Source of the DNA: Eubacteriales bacterium
GTDB taxonomy: Bacteria; Bacillota; Clostridia; Oscillospirales; CAG-382
Assembly (NCBI GenBank): GCA_045652625.1
Contig: JAZRUR010000054.1
Location: forward strand, 1 to 56,816
Reading direction: 5' to 3'
Length of the DNA: 56,816 nucleotides
This document shows positions 1-7,905 of the stretch, in pieces (positions within the stretch are counted from its first letter, which is position 1; every line of letters starts with the position of its first letter). The position numbers and the translations under genes were made by a program. The notes beneath the pieces are model-generated. The model had not been told where the DNA came from, searched no databases, and worked only from the letters and a program-made list of their open reading frames with translations.

Positions 1-1
1 T

Positions 2-2218
2 TTGGGTGACGACGGCCCTTTGCCTATTGATGACGGCGACGACGACGAGGTTCTTTCGCAACTTCTTGACATGGTTCCCATGGCAGAAGAAGCTGGTGTT
101 ACACTTCTTTTGGAAACCAACGGCGTTTACAGCGATACCGCAAGGCTTAAGAATCTGCTTGACAAGGTTCACAGCGATAACGTAGCCGCACTTTGGGATA
201 TTCATCACCCCTACCGTTTCGCAAAAGAATCTCCCGAAACCACGGTACAGAATCTCGGAATGTACATTGCGCATGTGCATATCAAAGACAGTATCGAAGA
301 AAACGGCAAGATAATTTATAAAATGATGGGCGAAGGCGATATGCCTATCGAAGATATGATAAGAGCATTGGGCTCTATCAATTTCGACGGTTATCTCTCG
401 CTTGAATGGGTAAAACGTTGGGCGCCTTATCTTCAAGACGCAGGTATAATCTTCCCTAATTATGTAAACTACATGGGACGCTTTATCGGTAAGACTTTCG
501 GTTCGGACGTTCTTATAGACGACCTTAGAGGTCATGGTAAGTATATCTGGCAGAAAAACATGCTTATCGACCTTACCTTCCCGCAGGTACTCGACAGGGT
601 TTGCGAGGCGTTCCCCGACCAATACGCTTTCCGCTTTACCGAATGCGACTATACAAGAACATATCCGCAATTCCGCGATGACGTCGATAAATTCGCACGT
701 GCGCTCATCTCGCTCGGCGTTAAGCGCGGCGACCACGTTGCCGTTTGGTCAACCAATCTTCCGCAATGGTATATCGCGTTCTGGGCAACCACAAAGATCG
801 GCGCGGTTTTGGTTACGGTTAACACCGCATACAAAATATACGAAATCGAGTATCTTCTCCGTCAGTCCGACACACACACTTTGGTCATGTGCGACGGGTT
901 CAAAGACAGCGACTACAACGCTATCATGCACGAACTCTGTCCCGAACTTAACGACCATACCGCAGGCAAGCCGCTTTATACAAAACGTCTTCCCTTCCTG
1001 CGCAACGTAATCACAATACAAAGTGAGCAAAAGGGTTGTCTTACCTGGGAAAAGGCGCTTGAATACGCGGACTTGACTCCTATCGAAGAAGTTTACCGCC
1101 GCGCATCGCTTATCAGCAAACACGACGTATGCAATATGCAGTACACCTCGGGCACAACAGGTTTCCCGAAGGGTGTTATGCTTACTCACTACAACGTTGT
1201 AAATAACGGCAAGAACATCGGCGACGGTATGGACCTTTCCACCGCCGACAGAATGATGATCCAAGTGCCGATGTTCCATTGCTTCGGCATGGTTCTTGCA
1301 ATGACAGCATCGGTAACTCACGGTGTTACTATGTCCCCGCTTTCCTATTTCTCGCCCAAACGTGCACTTGATTGTATAAACAGAGAAAAGATAACCTGTT
1401 TCCACGGTGTTCCTACAATGTTCATTGCATTGCTTGAAAACGAGAATTTCGACAAGACCGATTTCTCGCACATGCGTACAGGCATCATGGCAGGTTCGCC
1501 TTGCCCCGTAAAGGTTATGCAAGACGTTGTAGACAAGATGAATATGACCGAAATTACCATAGTTTACGGTCAAACCGAGGCTTCCCCCGGTTGTACCATG
1601 AGCCTTACCACCGACAGTCTTGAAGCGCGTGTAAACACGGTAGGCGCTGCTATGTTCGGCGTTGAATGCAAGATAGTCAACCCCGAAACCGGCGAAGAAC
1701 TTCCCGACAACGTCGACGGCGAGTTTGTCGCACGCGGTTACAACATAATGAAAGGCTATTACAAAATGCCTCAGGCAACCGCTATCGCAATAGACGAAGA
1801 CGGTTGGTTGCACACAGGCGACCTTGCGCGTCGTACTCCCGAGGGTTATTTTAAGATTACCGGACGAATCAAAGATATGATAATCCGCGGCGGTGAAAAC
1901 ATCTACCCCAAGGAAATAGAGGACTTTATTTACACCCACCCGAAGGTAAAAGACGTTCAGGTTATCGGCGTTCCCGATATTCAGTACGGCGAGGAGATAA
2001 TGGCATGTATTATTCCTAAAGAGGGCGAAACAGTCACCGAAGAAGAAATCAAAACATACGTCCGCGAAAACATGGCTAAACACAAAACACCGAAGTACGT
2101 TTCGTTCGTCAACGAATTTCCGATGAACGCAGCGGGAAAAATACTTAAATATAAGATGCGCGAAAATGCGGTAGAAGAACTCAACCTTAAAAAAGCCGCA
2201 TCTATCGAAACTGCATAA
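2..2218 (+). CDS. Fusion of xylose-isomerase/AP-endonuclease-2-like TIM barrel and AMP-binding acyl-CoA synthetase (5' partial)
   Basis: N-terminal metal-ligand motifs LLETNG, LWDIHH, HVHIKD, LSLEW; C-terminal ANL motifs YTSGTTGFPKG, YGQTEASP, WLHTGD, GRIKDMIIRGGENIYP, AAGK. The frame is open from the window edge. Confidence 0.85.
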   Translation: MGDDGPLPIDDGDDDEVLSQLLDMVPMAEEAGVTLLLETNGVYSDTARLKNLLDKVHSDNVAALWDIHHPYRFAKESPETTVQNLGMYIAHVHIKDSIEENGKIIYKMMGEGDMPIEDMIRALGSINFDGYLSLEWVKRWAPYLQDAGIIFPNYVNYMGRFIGKTFGSDVLIDDLRGHGKYIWQKNMLIDLTFPQVLDRVCEAFPDQYAFRFTECDYTRTYPQFRDDVDKFARALISLGVKRGDHVAVWSTNLPQWYIAFWATTKIGAVLVTVNTAYKIYEIEYLLRQSDTHTLVMCDGFKDSDYNAIMHELCPELNDHTAGKPLYTKRLPFLRNVITIQSEQKGCLTWEKALEYADLTPIEEVYRRASLISKHDVCNMQYTSGTTGFPKGVMLTHYNVVNNGKNIGDGMDLSTADRMMIQVPMFHCFGMVLAMTASVTHGVTMSPLSYFSPKRALDCINREKITCFHGVPTMFIALLENENFDKTDFSHMRTGIMAGSPCPVKVMQDVVDKMNMTEITIVYGQTEASPGCTMSLTTDSLEARVNTVGAAMFGVECKIVNPETGEELPDNVDGEFVARGYNIMKGYYKMPQATAIAIDEDGWLHTGDLARRTPEGYFKITGRIKDMIIRGGENIYPKEIEDFIYTHPKVKDVQVIGVPDIQYGEEIMACIIPKEGETVTEEEIKTYVRENMAKHKTPKYVSFVNEFPMNAAGKILKYKMRENAVEELNLKKAASIETA

Positions 2219-2232
2219 TTATGTAAACCAAC

Positions 2233-2264
2233 ATTCACTCCCCGACATTTTTCGGGGAGTGAAT
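2233..2264 (+). promoter_or_regulatory. Intergenic stem-loop without U-tract
   Basis: ATTCACTCCCCGA/TCGGGGAGTGAAT 13-bp perfect inverted repeat, 6 nt before the AGGAG RBS of the peptidase gene. Confidence 0.6.
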
Positions 2265-2280
2265 CAGATTAGGAGTTTTT

Positions 2281-3360
2281 ATGAACGGAAGAAAAGTTTT
2301 TACCGATATAAACAACGCAGGTTTTGACTGTGCTTTATTTCTTGACGAAATCAGTCAGTATTACCTAAGTGATTTTTACTCGACCGACGGCGCGGTTATA
2401 GTTTCGAATACCGAAACGGCTTTGTTTGTTGATTCACGTTATTTCGAAGCGGCGGAAAACGACAAAAAAGCAGACAAGTTAAGCGATGACGTAAACGTAT
2501 ACCTTTTCAGAAAAAATATTTTCGAAGTTATCGCAGAATACGTTTCCTCTATCGGCGCAAAAAAGGTTTGTTTAGACCCTGCGCTTGTTACAATAAAGCA
2601 GTTACAGACTTTGCAAAGCAAATGCGTTGGTATCGAGTTTGGATATCTTTCCGATGTTTGTTTAAAGCACAGACGTGTAAAAACCGCAGAAGAAGTTAAC
2701 AAAATACGCAAAGCGCAGTCTATTACCGACAAGGCGTTTACACATATTCTCGGTTTCATTAACGAAAACAGAACCGAACTTGACGTTGCGGCGGAACTCG
2801 AATATTTTATGCGTTGCAACGGCGCAAACGGACTTGCTTTTGACACGATCGCCGTTTCGGGCAAAAACTCCTCGCTTCCCCACGGTGTGCCGACAGACAG
2901 TAAACTCACCAAAAACTCATTTTTCACAATGGATTACGGCGCAAAGTACGCAGGATATTGCTCTGACATGACGCGAACTATCGTTTTGGGCAAAGCCGAT
3001 GACGAAATGAAGAAAATATACAACACCGTTCTCACCGCACAGGCAGAAGCGATGAAATATATCAAAGCCGGTGTAAGTTGTAAAGATGCCGACATGGCGG
3101 CACGAAAGGTTATAAACGACGCAGGATACGGCGAATACTTCGGTCATTCGCTCGGTCATTCGCTCGGGTTGGAGATACATGAATTGCCGTCTTGCTCACC
3201 AAGAAGTGAAGATACACTTGTAGTCGGCAACATCGTAACCGTCGAACCCGGTATTTATATCCCCGGCAAATACGGCGTAAGAATAGAAAACATGGTACTC
3301 GTTACCGAAAACGGTTGCGAAAACCTTACAAACAGCGACAAATCGCTTATTGAGTTATAA
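2281..3360 (+). CDS. Xaa-Pro aminopeptidase, M24B family
   Basis: Creatinase-like N-domain (DSRY); motifs PHG, DYGAKYAGYCSDMTRT, HSLGHSLGLEIHE, TVEPG, GVRIE; upstream of efp as usual in Bacillota. Confidence 0.92.
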   Translation: MNGRKVFTDINNAGFDCALFLDEISQYYLSDFYSTDGAVIVSNTETALFVDSRYFEAAENDKKADKLSDDVNVYLFRKNIFEVIAEYVSSIGAKKVCLDPALVTIKQLQTLQSKCVGIEFGYLSDVCLKHRRVKTAEEVNKIRKAQSITDKAFTHILGFINENRTELDVAAELEYFMRCNGANGLAFDTIAVSGKNSSLPHGVPTDSKLTKNSFFTMDYGAKYAGYCSDMTRTIVLGKADDEMKKIYNTVLTAQAEAMKYIKAGVSCKDADMAARKVINDAGYGEYFGHSLGHSLGLEIHELPSCSPRSEDTLVVGNIVTVEPGIYIPGKYGVRIENMVLVTENGCENLTNSDKSLIEL

Positions 3361-3361
3361 T

Positions 3362-3691
3362 ATGCATACACAAGTATCCACCCTTATAATTTTCATTTTA
3401 CTCTTTGCAGTCATTATCCCACAACAAAAAAGAAGACGTTTTTTATTAACCCGAATAACACATAAGGAGAAAATAAATATGCTGCCAAAAGAAATGATAA
3501 AAGAATTCGTCGGAAAGGTTTGTTACGTTTACGTTTTCGAGGGTTCTATGTCCACTCTCGCAAGAATAGTAGAAGCAGAAGATAACTGGATAAAAGTAAA
3601 AGACAAAAAAGGCGTTATTTCGATGATAAACGGCGACATGGTCAAAACCATTCAAATCGCCCCCGAAAAACATCAAAATTCATGTCAGTAA
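3362..3691 (+). CDS. Small membrane-anchored hypothetical protein (DUF6897-like)
   Basis: N-terminal hydrophobic helix, basic patch, then a small beta-rich domain (FVGKVC..., EDNWIKV, INGDMV). ATG at 3362 follows the upstream stop. Confidence 0.6.
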   Translation: MHTQVSTLIIFILLFAVIIPQQKRRRFLLTRITHKEKINMLPKEMIKEFVGKVCYVYVFEGSMSTLARIVEAEDNWIKVKDKKGVISMINGDMVKTIQIAPEKHQNSCQ

Positions 3692-3714
3692 GTGTTTATA
3701 CAAGCAAAAAACAC

Positions 3715-3743
3715 TTGACAAAATAAGGCATTTCATATAAAAT
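3715..3743 (+). promoter_or_regulatory. Sigma-A promoter of efp
   Basis: TTGACA-17 nt-TAAAAT; AGGAGG RBS downstream. Confidence 0.75.
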
Positions 3744-3798
3744 AAAGTAGTTAATAATATTTGTCTGATGAATTAGACATTAATCAGGAGGAAATAAT

Positions 3799-4356
3799 AT
3801 GATTTCGGCAGGCGATTTCAGAAACGGTCTGACCTTTGAAATGGATGGCCAACTTATGCAGGTTATCGAATTCCAACACGTTAAACCTGGTAAGGGCGCA
3901 GCGTTTGTTAGAACTAAAATGAGAAACATTATATCCGGCGCGGTTATTGAAACTTCTTTCAACCCCACCGCAAGATTCCCTCAGGCTATCGTTGAGAGAA
4001 AGGATATGGAATACAGTTACTCTGACGGCGATCTTTATTACTTCATGGATCCCGAAACATACGATCAGGTTCCGCTTAATGCAGACAAACTCCCTGACAG
4101 TTTCAAATTTGTTAAGGAAGGCATGACTTGCAGACTTATGTCCTACAAGGACAACGTATTCTCGGTTGAACCTCCCATTTTCGTTGAATTGGAAGTTACT
4201 GCTACCGAACCCGGCGTTAGAGGCAACACCGCCACAAACGTAACCAAACCTGCTACTGTTGAAACAGGTGCAGAAGTTAAGGTTCCGATATTCATCAACG
4301 AAGGCGACGTTATCAAGATCGACACCAGAACTTGCGAATATCTCGAAAGAGTATAA
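3799..4356 (+). CDS. efp: Translation elongation factor P
   Basis: [14 protein letters not shown] loop, [20 protein letters not shown]. Confidence 0.98.
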   Translation: MISAGDFRNGLTFEMDGQLMQVIEFQHVKPGKGAAFVRTKMRNIISGAVIETSFNPTARFPQAIVERKDMEYSYSDGDLYYFMDPETYDQVPLNADKLPDSFKFVKEGMTCRLMSYKDNVFSVEPPIFVELEVTATEPGVRGNTATNVTKPATVETGAEVKVPIFINEGDVIKIDTRTCEYLERV

Positions 4357-4490
4357 GTCGCTTCGCTCCTTGAACAAACTTGCGAACATCATAGGAGTTT
4401 TTTTAAGGCACATGTCCTTGAAAAAAACAAAATTATCATTGCATATTTCTAAGCGAAAAACATAATCCTAAACTAAAAAGGAGAAACAGA

Positions 4491-4979
4491 ATGAACGTAT
4501 CCGAAAAGGCTGCATATATCAAAGGTCTTATGGACGGTATGTCGATAGACACTTCCAAAGACGAAGGCAAGATTCTCGCCGCTATGGCTGATCTTCTTGA
4601 AGACCTCGCGCTTTCGATTCAAGACCTTGAAGACGAAACCGCTAATCTTACCGATTATATCGAAGAAATTGACGAAGACCTCGGCGCAGTTGAAGAAGAT
4701 TTCTACTGCTGCGAAGATGACGACTGCGATTGCTGTGACTGCGACGATGATTTCGATTACTGCGATTGTGACGATTGCGACGATGATTGCGATTGCTGCG
4801 ATTGCTGCGAATGTCTTGAACTCGAATGTCCCGCATGCGGCGAACCCGTTTATATCGACGAATGCGACGTTGACAAAATCGACGAACTCGAATGTCCTTC
4901 TTGCGGCAAGGTTCTTACTCTTGTAGAAACCGATGCTGACGAAGACGAATGTGGTTGCGATTGCGGTTGCTGCGAATAA
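4491..4979 (+). CDS. CD1247-like zinc-ribbon protein with Cys/Asp-rich expansion
   Basis: N-terminus EKAAYIKGLMDG with an acidic coiled coil; CPAC and CPSC pairs; 25 Cys in total; follows efp. Confidence 0.8.
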   Translation: MNVSEKAAYIKGLMDGMSIDTSKDEGKILAAMADLLEDLALSIQDLEDETANLTDYIEEIDEDLGAVEEDFYCCEDDDCDCCDCDDDFDYCDCDDCDDDCDCCDCCECLELECPACGEPVYIDECDVDKIDELECPSCGKVLTLVETDADEDECGCDCGCCE

Positions 4980-5015
4980 TCGCCGACGCTATCGAACAAA
5001 AAACAATTTTTAATT

Positions 5016-5052
5016 AAAAAAGCGCTGTTGCAACTTCGCGACAGCGTTTTTT
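5016..5052 (+). terminator. Intrinsic terminator
   Basis: GCGCTGTTGC...GCGACAGCG stem followed by a T-run. Confidence 0.7.
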
Positions 5053-5062
5053 AGGTGAAAAT

Positions 5063-5872
5063 ATGAGCATTACAAGAGAAATAATCGACGTACATACACA
5101 TATATGGCCCGACAAAATATCAATCCGTGCCGCAGACAACATAGTTAATTACTACTCCGTGCCCCGTCAGGGCGACGGTTCTGTTGACGGATTATTCAGC
5201 GGTGCAAGTTGTTTCGAAAACATACGGTTCGTAATATCATCTGCCACACTTAAGCCCGACTTGGAACACGCGCAGGTTGGCAACAACTTTTTGATAAACA
5301 CAGCAAACAACGATTCGCGTTTTATACCTCTCGCCTCTTTTCATCCCGAAATGGGGTTTGACGATGCGGTAAACGAACTCGAGCGTTGCAAAGCGTTAGG
5401 CGCAAAGGGTATTAAGATACACTCGGACTTTCAACGGTTTTACATCGACGCTCCGAACGCCATTGAGATATACAAAGAGGCGGCAAGACTGAATCTGCCT
5501 ATACTTTTCCACGTCGGCGACAAAAACACCGATTTCTCTACCCCGAAACGCGTTTGCAACATTATTGAAAAACTACCCGAACTCACTATTATCGCGGCAC
5601 ACATGGGCGGTTACAGCGTGTGGGACGAAGCGGAAGAATATCTTATCGGCTCTCCTGTTTATACCGACACGAGCGAGGCGCTATTAGGCATGGACGAAAG
5701 CGGATTGTATCATCTCATAGAAAAGCACGGTGTTGAAAAGGTAATGTTCGGTTCCGACTATCCGCTTTGGAACACCGATTTCGCCTTTAAACAGATCGAA
5801 AGCATCGGCTTAAGCGAAAGCGAAAAGTCGTTAATCTATGCAGACAACGCCAAAAAAGTTTTCGACGTTTGA
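5063..5872 (+). CDS. Amidohydrolase family protein (Amidohydro_2-like)
   Basis: IIDVHTH, GIKIH, ILFHVG, IAAHMGG, MFGSDYP, NAKKVF. Confidence 0.9.
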   Translation: MSITREIIDVHTHIWPDKISIRAADNIVNYYSVPRQGDGSVDGLFSGASCFENIRFVISSATLKPDLEHAQVGNNFLINTANNDSRFIPLASFHPEMGFDDAVNELERCKALGAKGIKIHSDFQRFYIDAPNAIEIYKEAARLNLPILFHVGDKNTDFSTPKRVCNIIEKLPELTIIAAHMGGYSVWDEAEEYLIGSPVYTDTSEALLGMDESGLYHLIEKHGVEKVMFGSDYPLWNTDFAFKQIESIGLSESEKSLIYADNAKKVFDV

Positions 5873-5898
5873 ATTTTGAGTTTTGAGTTTTTTATTAC

Positions 5899-5930
5899 AT
5901 TAAGAAACTTTTTGAAAAAAGTTTCTTAAT
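5899..5930. repeat. Perfect AT-rich palindrome
   Basis: ATTAAGAAACTTTTT-GA-AAAAAGTTTCTTAAT (15-bp arms). Confidence 0.85.
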
Positions 5931-5948
5931 AATCTTCAAAAACTTTAA

Positions 5949-6169
5949 ACAATAAATAATTCAGAGTGAGATAAACGAAGTTATTTTCGAAGAAAAACAA
6001 GCGTCGCCCTACAAATGTAGGGCAGTCGAAGTTTTTCTTCGAAGTGTTTGAAAATACAATAAATAATGAATTCCTTATAAAAAATCATGCCTCCCGATTT
6101 TCAAGAAGCATGATTTTTATTTATAATATTCTTTCAAACACGTAAAGAACGAGTTTATCCGCGCTCTGA
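5949..6169. repeat. Nested inverted-repeat element (REP/MITE-like or structured RNA)
   Basis: Pairings 5961-5976/6153-6169, 5986-5998/6031-6043, 6006-6012/6017-6023, 6044-6053/6132-6141, 6080-6090/6108-6118; direct repeat ACAATAAATAAT at 5949-5960 and 6056-6067. Confidence 0.6.
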
Positions 6170-6171
6170 GA

Positions 6172-6207
6172 AAACAAAAATACAACGGTTGTTACGCCGT
6201 TGTATTT
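6172..6207 (-). terminator. Intrinsic terminator of rpsU
   Basis: AAATACAACGG/CCGTTGTATTT inverted repeat with a U-rich tail on the minus strand. Confidence 0.75.
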
Positions 6208-6229
6208 GTTGTATCTTGTAGATAGCGAC

Positions 6230-6406
6230 TTATCTAAATTTACGCTTACGAGCCGCTTCGGACTTCTTCTTGCGCTTTACGCTGGGCTTTTCGTAATGTT
6301 CTCTCTTACGAATCTCAGCAGGTACGCCGCTTCTGAGATAAGACCTTTTGAATCTACGGAGAGCGCTATCGATGGTTTCGTTCTCCTTAACTCTTACCTC
6401 TGCCAT
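6230..6406 (-). CDS. rpsU: 30S ribosomal protein S21 (58 aa; absent from ORF track)
   Basis: Manual translation gives [58 protein letters not shown]; GGGAGGG RBS upstream. Confidence 0.97.
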   Translation of the reverse strand: MAEVRVKENETIDSALRRFKRSYLRSGVPAEIRKREHYEKPSVKRKKKSEAARKRKFR

Positions 6407-6457
6407 TTTAAACCCTCCCTTACATCGGTTTCCGAGGAAATCGCATCTATTGGGGAC

Positions 6458-6486
6458 ATTATATCAAACATTTCGACACATGTCAA
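6458..6486 (-). promoter_or_regulatory. Consensus sigma-A promoter of rpsU with a Spo0A-box sequence in the spacer
   Basis: TTGACA-17 nt-TATAAT with TG extended -10; TGTCGAA at 6478-6472. Confidence 0.8.
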
Positions 6487-6523
6487 CAAAAGAATTAACA
6501 ATTTCTAATAATTTCGTTATAAA

Positions 6524-6877
6524 TTAAAGAGCCTTCTTTGCGGTTTCAACGAGAGATGCAAATGCTGCCTTATCGTTGATTGCAAGTTCGCTGAGCATCT
6601 TACGGTTGAGTTCGATGCCGCTCTTCTTAAGACCGTACATAAAGCGGGAGTAGTTGATACCCTCTACCTTGCACTGAGCGGAGATACGGGTGATCCAGAG
6701 AGAACGGAAATCTCTCTTCTTCATTTTTCTGCCGGCGAAAGCGTAGTTGCCGCTCTTAAGAACTGCCTGTTTCGCCATCTTGAAATGCTTACTCTTTGCG
6801 CCCCAGTAACCTTTGGCGAGTTTAAGCATTTTATTTCTTCTTTTTCTGGTTGCTAATGCACCTTTAATTCTTGCCAT
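6524..6877 (-). CDS. rplT: 50S ribosomal protein L20
   Basis: MARIK...[32 protein letters not shown]. Confidence 0.99.
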   Translation of the reverse strand: MARIKGALATRKRRNKMLKLAKGYWGAKSKHFKMAKQAVLKSGNYAFAGRKMKKRDFRSLWITRISAQCKVEGINYSRFMYGLKKSGIELNRKMLSELAINDKAAFASLVETAKKAL

Positions 6878-6896
6878 CTTTCAAAACCTCCGTCAA

Positions 6897-7094
6897 TTAT
6901 TTATAAGGGATCATTCTCTTAAGATCGTCATAACGAGCATCGCTTACGTAAGATGCCTTACGGAGTGCTCTCTTGGTCTTGCTGGGTTTAAGACCGGTCT
7001 TATGGCGTTTGCCGGGATGATTCATCTTGATCTTACCGGTTGCGGTAAGGGAGAAACGTTTTGCGGAAGCCTTGTGTGTTTTAATTTTTCCCAT
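6897..7094 (-). CDS. rpmI: 50S ribosomal protein L35
   Basis: KIKTHKASAKRFSLTATGKIK; lies between infC and rplT. Confidence 0.98.
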   Translation of the reverse strand: MGKIKTHKASAKRFSLTATGKIKMNHPGKRHKTGLKPSKTKRALRKASYVSDARYDDLKRMIPYK

Positions 7095-7112
7095 TGTTAT
7101 AATTCCTTTCGG

Positions 7113-7634
7113 TTATTTTGTTTTTTTAGGTGCGAGGATCATCGTCATGTTTCTTCCGTCAAGAAGCGGTTTCTTTTCGATAACTGCGTTTTCTCCGCAG
7201 CCTTCGGCAAAACGATCAAGCAACTGTGCACCAAGTTCGGTGTGTGCCATTTCTCTGCCGAAAAATTTAACGATTACCTTGACTTTATTTCCCTGCGAGA
7301 GAAATTTCAACGTATGATTAAGTTTGGTGTTGAAATCGTGAGTATCAATACGGCACTTAAGTTGTATTTCCTTAAGTTCGATAACCTGACGTTTTTTACG
7401 CTGTTCCTTTTCGCGCTTTTCCTTTTCAAAACGGAATTTACCGTAATCCATAATCTTGCACACGGGGGGCACAGAATCGGGCGCGATCTCGACAAGGTCG
7501 AGTTCTGCCTCGTTGGAAAGACGGATAGCCTCGGAAAGTTTCATTACGCCAAGTTGATTGCCGTCCGCACCGATAACACGGACTTCACTTGCTTTAATTT
7601 CTTCATTAATTGCGGAAGAAGGCTTAGTGGCGAT
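7113..7634 (-). CDS. infC: Translation initiation factor IF-3, ATC start codon
   Basis: INEEI..VRVIG, LDLVEIAP..PPVCKIMDYGKF, KVKV..FFGREM. SD GGAGGTG lies 7 nt before an in-frame ATC at 7634; non-AUG starts are typical for infC. Confidence 0.96.
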   Translation of the reverse strand: MATKPSSAINEEIKASEVRVIGADGNQLGVMKLSEAIRLSNEAELDLVEIAPDSVPPVCKIMDYGKFRFEKEKREKEQRKKRQVIELKEIQLKCRIDTHDFNTKLNHTLKFLSQGNKVKVIVKFFGREMAHTELGAQLLDRFAEGCGENAVIEKKPLLDGRNMTMILAPKKTK

Positions 7635-7667
7635 GAGAGGACACCTCCAAAAATAATTTGTTTTTAC

Positions 7668-7798
7668 AAAAAATAAAGCAAAGCAGACAAACCGCTTTGC
7701 ACAATCAAAAAACACTTACGGCATAGTTATACCGCAGTTGGATATTGACCGTGCTCGGCTTAGTGCCGCAGGGTGAGAGCAACGCTCTACTTCTTTGT
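7668..7798 (-). ncRNA. Ribosomal protein L20 leader with terminator
   Basis: 5' UTR of infC-rpmI-rplT starting AAGAAGTAGAGCGTTGCTCTCACCC; terminator GCAAAGC...GCTTTGC with U-tract at 7700-7668. Confidence 0.75.
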
Positions 7799-7806
7799 AC
7801 CAACAA

Positions 7807-7835
7807 ATATTACCACACAATAACCTATTTGTCAA
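7807..7835 (-). promoter_or_regulatory. Sigma-A promoter of infC operon
   Basis: TTGACA-17 nt-TAATAT with TG extended -10. Confidence 0.7.
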
Positions 7836-7905
7836 TATCTTTTTACCAAAAAATCTCTGACAAATTGTATTTTTCTACATATAATGTTTTTGAGGAGGTA
7901 TTATT

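Noticed and set aside
749-2083. 444-aa minus-strand ORF
   Set aside because: Antisense shadow of the acyl-CoA ligase; no motifs or RBS. The same applies to other long antisense frames (e.g. 3784-4413, 12121-13038, 20846-21535, 25060-26097).
5949-6169. 6S RNA, tRNA or riboswitch
   Set aside because: Branched rather than rod-shaped; no cloverleaf or recognisable aptamer consensus; lies between convergent 3' ends.
6200-6508. 102-aa plus-strand ORF
   Set aside because: Overlaps the real rpsU on the opposite strand and its promoter.
6813-7676. 287-aa plus-strand ORF
   Set aside because: Antisense to infC-rpmI-rplT.
7635-7715. N-terminal extension of infC in the ORF track
   Set aside because: Runs through the leader terminator and SD; the ATC at 7634 is the better start.
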